The notes: generated by a model from the sequence alone, not told the origin. A stretch of DNA of 64,000 bases from an uncultured Candidatus Entotheonella sp. (GCA_965217185.1 OZ244252.1:1440001-1504000), one strand, 5' to 3'. Positions 1 through 10,152 are shown, counted from the first letter of the stretch. Made by a program: numbers and translations.

Positions 1-1472
1 GGGAGGTAGTGGCGCCCTTCGATTGAAGCCTTGACGAAGTCGAATTCCGATAGCAGGCTGGTCGCTGAGTGCTCCGTACGAAGCAGGGCTATAAAGCCCC
101 GTGTGGCGTTAATGGCGCTGTTGCTCGTGTTCCACGTCAACTCGGCAAACTGCGTGAACAAAAGATGGTCTATTGCGACCTCAGGGTCGAGCCCGCGTAT
201 GGCATCTGGATCGACGTTGCTGAAGGCATTGGCGCTGAGTTCGATACCGGCCGAGCCGCCAAATGCTTTGGTGAATTGATGATCCACGCGCGACTCCCCC
301 CCGTAGCGCAGCACGTCGAAAGTGGGCTGGGCATCTTCAATCTCGAGTATCCGATCCGTCAAGCCGAGGGGGTCGGTGTTGATCTCTTTTTGGTTGTCGA
401 CGAAGACGATCTGGGTGAACCGGGTGCGCCGGGTGACGAAGTGCGGCAAGTGGAAGCGCGTTTCGAAAGTGAGTCCGGGGGACGAGATTTTGCCGGCCAC
501 CGACAAGTGCTCGGCGCCGCCGAAGACATTGCGAAACGTCCACCTGGCCTGCACCCGAAATTGTTCGACGGTGCTCAATCCCAGCCCGATTTCAAAGCTG
601 CGCGGCTTGCGCTCGCTGATCTCGAATTCGACGTCCAGAGGCGCGTCCGTCGCTTCCAGGTTGAGGCTTCGGTGCGTCACGGTGCGAAACATCCCGAGGT
701 CGTATATCGCGGCTTGACTGTCGGCCAATTCGGTCGGGCTGTAGATCTGACCGGGCTGGAACGTCAGGCGCCGTCGAATGGCTTTCATTGTGACGTTTTC
801 GGCGCCTTGAATGGAGACTTGGCCGAATGCCGTGCGCTCGCCCGATTCGAGCGTGTAGGCAAGGAACGCCTCATGCGTTTTCCGGTCGACTTCTGTGCGA
901 GGATGAACTTTGGCGCGTGCGTACCCGGCACGCTGCAGCGCAAGCAGCAACCGGGCTCTGCTGGCATCAAACGCCGCCTTCGTAATCGGTTTGTCCACGC
1001 GCAGCGGCAGGTCATTTCTCAGCGTCTCGACGGGCGGCAACTCCGGCGGCATCGGACCTTGCACCTTTACCTCTACCTCGCGCACGATCGTGACTTCTCC
1101 TTCCTCGATTCGAATGTGAAGCTGGACGGTGTTGTTGGCCTCGTTTTGTTCCACCTCGACCAGCGTGGCGCGAACGTCGAGGTAACCACGATCGAAATAG
1201 TATTTCTGCAGGCGCAATAAATCGTCGTCGACCGTCGTAGGATTGTAATCACTGCCGCGTTTCCACGGGGACAGAAGCGAGCGTTGTTTGGTGGCCATCG
1301 CGTTACGTAACTTGGCGCTACCTAACTTCTTGTTGTCGAGAAAGACGATCTTGCGGACCTCCGGAAAGGCGCTCGGCGGTTCGGTTTGTGGAAAAGGGGC
1401 CTTTTGCGAGGCGCAAGCACTGAGCATGACCACCTGCAACACGAGCACCAGGGTGTATCGTGCGGCTTTCAT
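1..1472 (-). CDS. BamA/TamA (Omp85) family outer membrane protein, probable lipoprotein; runs off the left edge
   Basis: Not in the ORF track (no stop in window). Manual translation from ATG 1472 (GAGGAG RBS): MKAARYTLVLVLQVVMLSAC (lipobox), POTRA-like segments (DDDLLRLQKYYFDRGY..IRIEEG; AIYDLGMFRTV), then barrel start (RNVFGGAE). Confidence 0.85.
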   Translation of the reverse strand, partial: MKAARYTLVLVLQVVMLSACASQKAPFPQTEPPSAFPEVRKIVFLDNKKLGSAKLRNAMATKQRSLLSPWKRGSDYNPTTVDDDLLRLQKYYFDRGYLDVRATLVEVEQNEANNTVQLHIRIEEGEVTIVREVEVKVQGPMPPELPPVETLRNDLPLRVDKPITKAAFDASRARLLLALQRAGYARAKVHPRTEVDRKTHEAFLAYTLESGERTAFGQVSIQGAENVTMKAIRRRLTFQPGQIYSPTELADSQAAIYDLGMFRTVTHRSLNLEATDAPLDVEFEISERKPRSFEIGLGLSTVEQFRVQARWTFRNVFGGAEHLSVAGKISSPGLTFETRFHLPHFVTRRTRFTQIVFVDNQKEINTDPLGLTDRILEIEDAQPTFDVLRYGGESRVDHQFTKAFGGSAGIELSANAFSNVDPDAIRGLDPEVAIDHLLFTQFAELTWNTSNSAINATRGFIALLRTEHSATSLLSEFDFVKASIEGRHYL

Positions 1473-1597
1473 GTCTCCTCCGTATGGTGTCCGCGCTCCA
1501 AATGGTAGGAATTTGCGGGGAGGATGGGTTCCTGGAGCATCAAGCCGGATTCCTCAACGGAAACGGTTTCTCCGGCTGGCCTGCCTTCCCATGGCAA

Positions 1598-4500
1598 TCA
1601 CGTCTCCCGGTCATTCACGGATAGCCGAATCGAGGATTGTGCGCCATCTTTGGGCGAACCCCAATAAAGCGTGCGATGGGGGAATGGAATCTCGATGCCG
1701 CGTTCGTCGAATACCTTTTTCATGCGGCGATTGAACTCGCGGCCGACTTCCCATTGCTTGCCGGGGCGTGTTTTGAGACGGGCCCGGATATACACCGCTG
1801 AATCCCCAAAGCGGTCCAATCCCCACATCTCGATCGGTTCCAGCATGTTGTAGCCGTACCGCATGTCCTTGTGCATATCCTCGTCAACTTCCTTCAGGAT
1901 ATTCATCACGGTATCAACGTCCTCCCGGTAGGCAATGGCAACATCAAGAATATAACGGGAAAACACCTTCGTTTTGTTCGTCACCAGGTCGATGGTGCTG
2001 TTGGGGATGACGTGAACGTCGCCTTGAAAGTCGCGGAGAACGACGGCGCGGAGCGTGATTTTCTCGATAACCCCGCTGATGCCCCGCAAGGTGGCGACGT
2101 CGCCTACCGAAATGCTGTCCTCGAACAGGATGAACAGGCCGTTGATGACGTCCTTGATGAGGGATTGCGAGGCGAGGCCGACTGCGAGTCCAAAAAGGCC
2201 GAGACCGGCTAACAGCGGTCCGGTTCGGACATTGACCTGTTCGAGCAGAACCAACACGGCAATGAACACCACCACCACCTTGAGGATCGTTTGTACGAGC
2301 GGCGTCAAGGTGCGTAGCTTGCGGCCGATTTCGCGGGTTTCGCCTTGGGCAGTCAGCCGCGGCCGCACGATGTACTCGGCCAGCACGTTGCTGATCTGAA
2401 TCACTACCAAGACGATACCGATGGTCATCAAGGCAACCAAGCCCCGCGTCATGATTTGAGAACCGACTTGAGAGCTCAGAACGCTCCACACGGAGACGCC
2501 CCACAGTTCCAGGATCAGCGCCAGCGCGGCAGCGGAGAGGACAAGTTGGCTCAGGGAGCGAAACACCGCAAGCGAACGCTCGGCGGCCTGCTTGCGAGCG
2601 GGGTCGTGCCAGCGCCTGCCTGGGTCGTAAAGGGCGTGGACAAGCCGCTGAGCGCCATACATCAGCAGGAACAACAGCACCCAGCGCGACCCGATGGCGA
2701 TGGAGAGCGTTTCAAGACCATGCAGCCAGATGAACCGCGCCGTGTAGCGGTAACCCAAAATGTCCAGGGCCATGACCCCGGCAAGCATAGCCAGAGGGAT
2801 GATCAGAATGAATGGCCAGACGCGCCAGAGAAGCCCGTCCTGGTCACGGCTGCGAGCGAGCATCTGGGCCATCAGCGGGCTGCTTGGCCAGCCCGTGCGC
2901 AGCGTCAGCACGAAGATGACCCCCTGGAACGCGAGCAAGAGGAGCCGTTCCAAGGTTTGACTGCCACCTGCCAGGAAGGGATCGGGAGATGCCGCCAAAA
3001 CGACCTGCCTTGGCACCAGAAACAGCAGCCCGGCAATGCATCCGATCCCGAAGATGCGTCGCAGAAAAAGGCACCCCTCGTCGTCGAGGTCGCAAAACTG
3101 TTGCCCCCAGGCTCCGGAACGAAACAGCGTCTGGCTGAAGAAGCCGATGCCGAGCACAAGTGCGGCCAGATAGACGCCACTGATGAGAGCCCACGTCATC
3201 CCGGTGTCGTCGCCATGCTGCAGGATGAAAAGCTGACGAGACCAGCCGAGTAGAGCCAAATATGCCGGCCACGTGGCGGCTTGGAGCACGAAGAGCAACG
3301 CAACCCCAATATGAGGCGGTTTTTCCTGCCGTGCTGACGCTGTAAGAGAGGCGTGAATCGCCCCGTTCAGGTTCGACCATAGCCGCCGCGCGACCAACGG
3401 GAGAACGATAAACAGCAGAGCCAGAAGCCCCCAAGGCGCGACGCTTTGTTTCATGCGCAGCCAGAGACGAGACAGGTCAGAACGCATCACCGCGATGCTG
3501 CGCGAGGCCATCGACAGCGCGTGCGCGGTCATGCCTCCCACAAGCGCCCAGTTCAGGGTGTCGCTGTTTCTCAGCCAGAACATCTTGCTCAGCACCAACC
3601 GGTAGCCCTCGTCAAGCAGCCGTTCGTGCTCGTGGTGCAGGGCGATGAGCCGGGAGGTGGTCTGCGTCAGGTCAGCCAGTACCTGTTGCTGTTCCCGAAG
3701 TGCCGTGCGCTGAACTTCGAGTTCGGCGCGCAGCCCCGACAGGGCGGCAACCCGCTCGTTCGGGGAGGCTGAGAGCAGTGCGCCTGTCAGTTGGTTCACT
3801 TGGGCACGGGCCAGCCGGTCGAACTCGTACAATTGGTCGTCCACGGTAAAAAGGGTCTCACTCAGGCCCCGAAGTTTGGTGCCGAGAAGCTGCAACGGGT
3901 CACGGACCTTTTCGGCAGGCAGGGTAAAGACCTTCACGAGATTGTCCGTAAATTGTCCGCGTTCCCGGTGTAGATGCTCAAATTTGATCAACAGGCGCTG
4001 GACCACGCGTTCACCGCTTGCGTATTGCTCGGCCAGCGACACCAGGCGGTTGGTGTCTTGCCTGACTTGGCTATTGAGGGTTTCCTGATCGTGCACTTCC
4101 TTGCGGAGCTTGGTTAGCTGTTGTTGGTTTTCAGCGGCGTCTCGCTGGATGCTGGCGATATGCAGGCGCACTTGCAGAGGTATTTTGGCGGCGGGATAAG
4201 TCGTGTCGGCCAGAGCTTGCCGGAGCCGAGAAACACGTTCATGCAAGGTCTCTTGCCGTTCCTGGAACACCGCCCTCAGTGAGACATGGATCATGCGTAA
4301 ATCGTCTTGGACGTGCTCCAAGCGCAAGCGGGCGACACGGACCAGGGCATCCTGCAAGGTGCCGCGTTCGAGCAGCCACAGGCGCTCTCCTTTCAGCGCT
4401 TCAATGCTCGCGCGTTGTCCTTGGATTTGAACGTCCAGCAACTCGGCTGGTGAAACCCAGGAGCGCTCTTGGGGCGCCGTACGGTTCGACTCCCGTTGTC

Positions 4501-5062
4501 CCAACTCCAGCCTTTCCAAGGCGTTCTCGGATTCCTGTATTTCCTCAGGAAGGCGAGCCAAACGCAGCCCCCTTGACGCAGTTTGCTTCGTCAGGTCATT
4601 CAACTCAGCTTCCAGTGCTTGCCGCTGGCTTTCATACTCCGTACGCAGCGATTCCGTTACGTCAGCAAAGTGGGAAGGTGGGCGTTGTTCGAGTTGCTGG
4701 CGGGCTGCAACCACTTCTGCCAAGCGCCGCGGCAGACTGGCAATCTGTGCTTTATGCGTATTGCGACGTAGGGTAGCCTCCTCAAAAGCCGTAAGCCCTG
4801 CGAGAAGCTGGTTCAACTGGCCGCTGGCCGATTTAAGCTCCTCTTCAGCGAAACTCGCCTGTTCGAGTTCGTTAAGCTGCCTCTGGACGGCCGCTCTCCG
4901 TTCGGCCGCCGTGACAAGCGTGAGTTGTTGATCAGACGTCTGAGCGCGCGCCGGCGCCTGGGCACACACGACGATCATCAGGCTGGCGAAGCCAAGCAGC
5001 AGAGCCGTCCGTTGTGCCTGCTTCGCCAGTTTCCGATGACGCGACAACGCGGTGTGTTCCAT
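1598..5062 (-). CDS. Large MscS-family mechanosensitive channel (MscK-like), long periplasmic coiled coil plus many TM helices
   Basis: C-terminal MscS signature (GLAVGLASQSLIKDVINGLFILFED..VGD..GVIEKITLR..IPNS; GIEIPFP); ATG 5062 chosen to avoid overlap with the upstream gene. Confidence 0.9.
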   Translation of the reverse strand: MEHTALSRHRKLAKQAQRTALLLGFASLMIVVCAQAPARAQTSDQQLTLVTAAERRAAVQRQLNELEQASFAEEELKSASGQLNQLLAGLTAFEEATLRRNTHKAQIASLPRRLAEVVAARQQLEQRPPSHFADVTESLRTEYESQRQALEAELNDLTKQTASRGLRLARLPEEIQESENALERLELGQRESNRTAPQERSWVSPAELLDVQIQGQRASIEALKGERLWLLERGTLQDALVRVARLRLEHVQDDLRMIHVSLRAVFQERQETLHERVSRLRQALADTTYPAAKIPLQVRLHIASIQRDAAENQQQLTKLRKEVHDQETLNSQVRQDTNRLVSLAEQYASGERVVQRLLIKFEHLHRERGQFTDNLVKVFTLPAEKVRDPLQLLGTKLRGLSETLFTVDDQLYEFDRLARAQVNQLTGALLSASPNERVAALSGLRAELEVQRTALREQQQVLADLTQTTSRLIALHHEHERLLDEGYRLVLSKMFWLRNSDTLNWALVGGMTAHALSMASRSIAVMRSDLSRLWLRMKQSVAPWGLLALLFIVLPLVARRLWSNLNGAIHASLTASARQEKPPHIGVALLFVLQAATWPAYLALLGWSRQLFILQHGDDTGMTWALISGVYLAALVLGIGFFSQTLFRSGAWGQQFCDLDDEGCLFLRRIFGIGCIAGLLFLVPRQVVLAASPDPFLAGGSQTLERLLLLAFQGVIFVLTLRTGWPSSPLMAQMLARSRDQDGLLWRVWPFILIIPLAMLAGVMALDILGYRYTARFIWLHGLETLSIAIGSRWVLLFLLMYGAQRLVHALYDPGRRWHDPARKQAAERSLAVFRSLSQLVLSAAALALILELWGVSVWSVLSSQVGSQIMTRGLVALMTIGIVLVVIQISNVLAEYIVRPRLTAQGETREIGRKLRTLTPLVQTILKVVVVFIAVLVLLEQVNVRTGPLLAGLGLFGLAVGLASQSLIKDVINGLFILFEDSISVGDVATLRGISGVIEKITLRAVVLRDFQGDVHVIPNSTIDLVTNKTKVFSRYILDVAIAYREDVDTVMNILKEVDEDMHKDMRYGYNMLEPIEMWGLDRFGDSAVYIRARLKTRPGKQWEVGREFNRRMKKVFDERGIEIPFPHRTLYWGSPKDGAQSSIRLSVNDRET

Positions 5063-5084
5063 CTTCCAGCTCGCCGATGTGGGG

Positions 5085-6209
5085 TTAGTGACCTGCCCCC
5101 CGAGCCACAATGGGCCACAGGGCTTCGACACGGTTGTTACGCAGACCGACGTACCAGTCGTAGAGGTTGACCGTCGGGTCGCAGTGACCCGGAATGAGCC
5201 GCAGCTTGTCGCCGAGGCGCACCGGGCTATCGGGGTCGTTCAGCAGCACCTTGCCGTGCTCGTCGGAAGCGCCGACGTATGCGGCCTGCGGCAGGTCGGC
5301 CATCATCGGCAGGCCGGAATCGACGCTCAGGGCTTTAAGGCCGGCGTCAACGACCGCCCAGTCGCGGTTCGGCTGGCTCATGACGGTAGCGTATACGAAC
5401 AGGCTGTGCTCGAATTCCCCCCACAGCGTGCCGTCGGCGGCGAGATTCTTGCCGTAATCAACGTCCATGAAGATGTACGATCCGGCCTGCAGTTCGTTGT
5501 AAACCCCGCTTTCGGCCTCGAACGCGTACGTGCCGCTGCCGGCACCGGAGACCAGTTCGCACTCCAGGCCGTGCTGCGACAACAGGTTGATGCTGAGCTG
5601 CACCTGCTCGACGGCCTGGCCGATAGCCTGCCGGCGCTCTTCGAACGACCGCAGGTGCTGCGCCCGTCCGTGGTAAGCCTGCAGCCCGGCAAAGCGCAAG
5701 CCCGGCGCCTGATCGATTTGCTGCGCCAAGGCCAGCACCGCCTCGCCCGGCTCGACGCCGCAGCGATGGGCGCCAACGTCGATTTCGACCAGCACAGGTA
5801 GCTCGATCTTGTATGCCAACGCTGCCTCGTTGAGGTCCCCCACGTTCCCGGCGTCATCGGCGCACACGTATATCTGCGCCTGCCGCGCGAGAGCCGCCAG
5901 CCGTTTCAGCTTGGTAACGCCGACGACCTCGTTGCTGACCAGAACGTTCGGCACGCCGCCGTACACCATCGCTTCCGCCTCGCCGACCTTCTGGCAGCAC
6001 ACCCCGACGGCGCCAAGCGCCATCTGGCGCCGGGCAATCACGGCGCACTTGTGCGTTTTGGCGTGCGGGCGCAATCGCACCGACGAACCCGCTACGGCGT
6101 CGGCCAAGTGTTGCACATTACGTTCGAAGGCATCCAGGTCGATCAGCAAGGCCGGCGTATCGACCTCTTCAAGGGCCATCCCGATTTCCGCTGGTGGACG
6201 AGTCGTCAT
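5085..6209 (-). CDS. DSD1 family PLP-dependent enzyme (D-threonine aldolase-like)
   Basis: DTPALLIDLD, RPHAKTHK (PLP lysine), CCQKV, SDEHG, PGHCDPTVNLYD. Confidence 0.9.
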   Translation of the reverse strand: MTTRPPAEIGMALEEVDTPALLIDLDAFERNVQHLADAVAGSSVRLRPHAKTHKCAVIARRQMALGAVGVCCQKVGEAEAMVYGGVPNVLVSNEVVGVTKLKRLAALARQAQIYVCADDAGNVGDLNEAALAYKIELPVLVEIDVGAHRCGVEPGEAVLALAQQIDQAPGLRFAGLQAYHGRAQHLRSFEERRQAIGQAVEQVQLSINLLSQHGLECELVSGAGSGTYAFEAESGVYNELQAGSYIFMDVDYGKNLAADGTLWGEFEHSLFVYATVMSQPNRDWAVVDAGLKALSVDSGLPMMADLPQAAYVGASDEHGKVLLNDPDSPVRLGDKLRLIPGHCDPTVNLYDWYVGLRNNRVEALWPIVARGAGH

Positions 6210-6454
6210 GGGTGCTTCTCCTTTGCGTGCGGTGTGTGCCAGACCCGGTACAAGGCCGGATGTCCGATTATAGGACAATGCCGATGCATGTTAATGCCCG
6301 TGGTAGCTTCGCGTATGAGGCGGCAGGGCCACAAATGGAAATCGGCGGTGCAGGCCCCTTCTATTCCCCGCAACATGGTGAAGAAACCGTCAAATACACA
6401 CTCCTGAGTGGGTTTACGAATCCTTGTGCGTCTCGTAAATTTTAAGCCGTAATT

Positions 6455-6471
6455 TTGAAAACGATTGTCGA
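6455..6471 (+). promoter_or_regulatory. Fur-box-like operator upstream of the apbE operon
   Basis: TTGAAAACGATTGTCGA, 3 mismatches to a TTGAAAATGATTATCAA-type Fur box, in an AT-rich patch 38 nt before the likely start. Confidence 0.5.
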
Positions 6472-6508
6472 TTTCAGTATGGCCCTGTCCAGTAGCGGAG
6501 GCTCGTGC

Positions 6509-7615
6509 GTGACCAGACCTCTCAGCCTGTTGCCTCAGTCCGTTTTATCCAGGCGCCACTTTCTGGCTGCCGGGGTTCTGGGAACCGCGGGGCTTCTGCT
6601 CCCAGGCGCGGCAGTATTGGCAGAGCCGCGCTCATCCGCGCCCAGCCTGCTGCGGTCGCTGCCAATCATGGGCACGGCGGTTGAATGTCAGGCGTTTCAT
6701 GCCCTCCCGGAACGAGCGAGGCAAGCGGTCGGGGCCGCCTTTGCTGCAGTTGAGCAAGTTGACCATGACATGAGTCTGTATCGGCCGGAGAGCGACATCG
6801 GCCGCTTGAATCGACTGGCTGCACCGCGGGAAATGCCTATCCGCGAAAGTACCACCGCGGTGCTCCGGGAATCCTTGAGTATCGGCCAGGTGAGCCGGGG
6901 TGCGCTTGATGTCAGCATCACACCTCTGCTGGCCCGGTGGGGCTTCTATAGCGTCCGGCAGGAAGCCCCCGGCCCAAAGCACCTGGAGGCTGCCCTGGCC
7001 TTGGTTGACTATCGGCAAGTGCAACTGGACGACGCCAACGGCACGGTGCGCCTGGCTCGACCCGGCATGCAACTCGACTTCGGCGGTATTGCCAAGGGTT
7101 ACGCTGTTGACCAAGCCCTCGAAGCGCTCCGGCATTGCGGTGTCCGTCAGGGCATGGTCAACGCCGGCGGCGATCTTCGCCTGTTGGGTTCCCACCCGGA
7201 CGGTGACCCGTGGATCGTTGGGGTCCAGCACCCACTGGTGCCTGCCCGGTTGCTCCTGGCGTTGTCGCTTGATGGCGCCGCCGTCGCCACCTCCGGCAAC
7301 TACTTGTGCTACCGCGTATACAACGGCCGGCGCTATGGTCATCTGCTGCACCCGCAACGCGGCTACCCGGCAGACACGGCCCTCAGCATGACGGTGGTGG
7401 CGCCAATCGCCATGCGCGCCGACGCCTTGGCAACGGCGGCCCTGGTCATGGGACGCGACGGTTTGGCTTGGCTGCGCGGCCAACCGGGCGTCGAAGCCCT
7501 TATGGTAACCCGTTCCCCTTCCAACCCGGACCGACTACTGGTGCATGCCAGCAAGGGTCTGCGCGGCCGCCTGACCCTGTTCGACGGCACGGCAATCGTT
7601 GAGGCCGATTCGTGA
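6509..7615 (+). CDS. apbE: FAD:protein FMN transferase with Tat signal
   Basis: SRRHFL Tat motif; MGT, LDFGGIAKGYAVD, NAGGD, ATSGNY, ADALATA; GTG start after GGAGG. Confidence 0.92.
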   Translation: MTRPLSLLPQSVLSRRHFLAAGVLGTAGLLLPGAAVLAEPRSSAPSLLRSLPIMGTAVECQAFHALPERARQAVGAAFAAVEQVDHDMSLYRPESDIGRLNRLAAPREMPIRESTTAVLRESLSIGQVSRGALDVSITPLLARWGFYSVRQEAPGPKHLEAALALVDYRQVQLDDANGTVRLARPGMQLDFGGIAKGYAVDQALEALRHCGVRQGMVNAGGDLRLLGSHPDGDPWIVGVQHPLVPARLLLALSLDGAAVATSGNYLCYRVYNGRRYGHLLHPQRGYPADTALSMTVVAPIAMRADALATAALVMGRDGLAWLRGQPGVEALMVTRSPSNPDRLLVHASKGLRGRLTLFDGTAIVEADS

Positions 7616-7643
7616 TTCCGTTCGTCCCGTTAAGGAGGACTTC

Positions 7644-8894
7644 ATGCGGAAGAGATTCGTACGTGTACTAACCTTGGGGCTTGCCGCCTTGTTTTGCCTC
7701 GGGATTGCCGCATTCGCGCAGGACGACATTGAGCAGCGCATGCAGAGCCTCGAGGAGCGTCAGGGCATTTTGGCCACCGAGTTCGACCGGCTCAGGAGCC
7801 TGTTTGCCCTTCCTGAAGAGTCCGACTACAAGAGCGCCTACGGGTTGGGCCCGGCGGCCTCCAAGATATACGGGCGCGAGCGCGGCCTGTCGCTTGGCGG
7901 CTACGGTCAGACGTGGCTGCAGGTCTTTGACCACGCCCAGGACAAGTGGGATTATAAGCGTTTCATCCTGTACGCCGGCTACAAGTTCACCGAGAAATTG
8001 CTGCTGAATGTCGAAATTGAATTCGAGCACGCCAATGAAGTCTATGTGGAATTCGCCACCATCGACTACCTCTACAGGCCCGAGGCCAATTTCCGTTTCG
8101 GCATGCTCTTGATGCCGGTCGGCTTCCTTAACGAGATCCACGAGCCCCCGTATTACTACGGTAACGAGCGGCCCGTCGTGGAACTGACCATCATCCCCAG
8201 CACGTGGCGTGAGAACGGTGCCGGTTTTTTCGGCGAATTCGCCGGCGGTGCCGTGCAATACCGTCTTTACACCACCACCAACCTCCGCGCCGATAAATTT
8301 TCAGAGAGTGGTGTCCGCGGCGGCCGGCAAAAGGGCAGCAAAGCCCTGGCCGACATGAGCATCGTTGCCCGTGTCGATGCGACGCCGATGAATGGCTTGT
8401 TGGTTGGGGGTTCCGTGGTAATGGGCGACACCGGTCAGGGCATACAGTTCGGCGACAGCAAGCCATCCGTGACCATGACCATGTGGGAGGTGCACGGGCA
8501 ATACCAGTACCGCGGTCTGCAACTCCGTGCCCTCTACGTTCGGAACACAATTGACGACACAAAAATCATCAGCGACGCGCTTCGGAAGGCTATCAGCGAG
8601 ACCCAGTGGGGTTGGTACGGCGAAATCGGCTATGATATTTTGCCTCTGATGAAACCCGATACCCGTATGGGTCTGGTGCCGTTCGTGCGTTACGAGCGCT
8701 TCAACACGCAGGAGGACGTGCCGGCAGGCTTTATTGCCGACGACACCAAGGACCGAACGGTGGTCACCGCGGGCATCAATTTTCTCCCGCACCCAAACGT
8801 TGTGTTCAAGATTGACTACCGCCAATTCGACTCGAAGGGCGGCGACTTGCCGGAGTTGAACGACCTCAACATCGGTGTCGGCTTCGCCTTCTAA
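7644..8894 (+). CDS. Outer membrane porin-like beta-barrel (OprO/P-like) with short N-terminal coiled coil
   Basis: Signal peptide, amphipathic strands (EIEFEH, IIPSTWRENG), C-terminal Phe (IGVGFAF); AAGGAGG RBS. Confidence 0.75.
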   Translation: MRKRFVRVLTLGLAALFCLGIAAFAQDDIEQRMQSLEERQGILATEFDRLRSLFALPEESDYKSAYGLGPAASKIYGRERGLSLGGYGQTWLQVFDHAQDKWDYKRFILYAGYKFTEKLLLNVEIEFEHANEVYVEFATIDYLYRPEANFRFGMLLMPVGFLNEIHEPPYYYGNERPVVELTIIPSTWRENGAGFFGEFAGGAVQYRLYTTTNLRADKFSESGVRGGRQKGSKALADMSIVARVDATPMNGLLVGGSVVMGDTGQGIQFGDSKPSVTMTMWEVHGQYQYRGLQLRALYVRNTIDDTKIISDALRKAISETQWGWYGEIGYDILPLMKPDTRMGLVPFVRYERFNTQEDVPAGFIADDTKDRTVVTAGINFLPHPNVVFKIDYRQFDSKGGDLPELNDLNIGVGFAF

Positions 8895-8901
8895 ACCCCG
8901 T

Positions 8902-8980
8902 GCAGGTCGGATGTACCGCGTGGCCCGACGTCCAGCGAAGCGCTGGGAATGTCGGATCACGGATCGCTAATCCGACCTAC
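8902..8980. repeat. REP doublet (REPIN-like long imperfect hairpin), GTAG family
   Basis: Minus-strand copy GTAGGTCGGATTAGCGATCCGTGATCCGACATTCC faces degenerate plus copy GCAGGTCGGATG...CCCGACGTCC around a CCAGCG-AAG-CGCTGG core. Confidence 0.75.
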
Positions 8981-8995
8981 TTTTTTTAGGAATGG

Positions 8996-9568
8996 TTGAT
9001 GCAGCAGCGGCTGGGACGGACCACGGTTTTGTTCGCGCTGGCAGGCCTTCTGTGGTTGTTGCCAGGTGTTTTCCGTCCGGCTGAGGCGGTGGTTCTCTAT
9101 GCCAAAAACGAGGCCCTGAGGCTCATCTTTCCAGAGGCGGACAGCATTGAGCCCGAGGCGGTTTTCCTGAACGCTGAGCAAGTTGCCCGCATCGAAAAGC
9201 TGGCGCGCAGCCAACTGGAATCCCCCCTTTTGACCGTACACGTCGGGCGCAAGGGTGACCAGACCCTCGGCTACGCGTTCCTCGACATTCACACCGTTCG
9301 CACCCAGCCCGAGGCCATCTTTGTGGTACTGACGCCGCAGGGCGCGGTTGATTCCGTGCTCATCGTCGCCTTCCACGAACCGCAGGAATACATGCCTAGC
9401 GAGCGTTGGCAGGCGCAGTTCCCTGGCGAAACCCTGACGCCCGACCTGCAAGTGAGGCGCGGCATCGCCCCGATCAGTGGTGCAACCCTGAGCGCCCACG
9501 CCATGACCGACGCGGTGCGGCGCGCCTTGGCCGTGTACCAGGTGGCCCTGCAAAAGGACCGGCCCTAG
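8996..9568 (+). CDS. Exported FMN-binding protein (RnfG/NqrC-like FMN_bind domain)
   Basis: Signal peptide; ISGATLS flavinylation motif; in operon with apbE. Confidence 0.85.
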   Translation: MMQQRLGRTTVLFALAGLLWLLPGVFRPAEAVVLYAKNEALRLIFPEADSIEPEAVFLNAEQVARIEKLARSQLESPLLTVHVGRKGDQTLGYAFLDIHTVRTQPEAIFVVLTPQGAVDSVLIVAFHEPQEYMPSERWQAQFPGETLTPDLQVRRGIAPISGATLSAHAMTDAVRRALAVYQVALQKDRP

Positions 9569-9569
9569 A

Positions 9570-10070
9570 ATGCGCTTCGTCATCACTGGCGAATGGCGCC
9601 GCAACAGCCTTTTACGCCTGATTATCGCGCTGTTCCTGCTTTACACCGCCGGCCTGTGGGTCACCAACGCCCTCCTCTATTTCAACAAAATGAAGCTCAC
9701 GCCGACGTCGGTGGTGGAATACTACCGCGGCTCGGAGGAGCGCTTTACACGTCCGCGCACCTACCAGGGCCTCCTCGAGATTTCCCACTTCCACCTGTTC
9801 GCGATGGGCATTCTCATCCTGACCTTGACACACCTGGTGCTGTTCGTTCCCCTGTCCGTACGCCTGAAATTCTGGCTGCTGCTCGTCTCCTTTGGTACCG
9901 CCGTTGCCAACGAGGGGGGCGGCTGGCTGGTGCGCTATGTGCACCCCGCCTTTGCCTATTGGAAAATTGCCTCGTTCCTGGCCTTCCAGATTTCCCTCGC
10001 CGTGCTGATCATCGCCGTTCTGGTCGCCACTTTCGGACGGACGCGCAACGCCTATACTGACGACGTGTAA
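9570..10070 (+). CDS. Four-TM membrane protein with His73/75/88, possibly cytochrome b-like
   Basis: Hydrophobic helices, LLEISHFHLFAMGILILTLTHL; starts 1 nt after the previous stop. Confidence 0.7.
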   Translation: MRFVITGEWRRNSLLRLIIALFLLYTAGLWVTNALLYFNKMKLTPTSVVEYYRGSEERFTRPRTYQGLLEISHFHLFAMGILILTLTHLVLFVPLSVRLKFWLLLVSFGTAVANEGGGWLVRYVHPAFAYWKIASFLAFQISLAVLIIAVLVATFGRTRNAYTDDV

Positions 10071-10152
10071 CGGCGGGATTACACGGGACGGATCAGCGTA
10101 ATATGATTTCCCCACATTGCGTTGGGCAGGGTAATGGGCTCTGGCACGGGTC

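Noticed and set aside
69..1220. 383-aa plus-strand ORF
   Set aside because: Antisense shadow of the Omp85 gene on the minus strand
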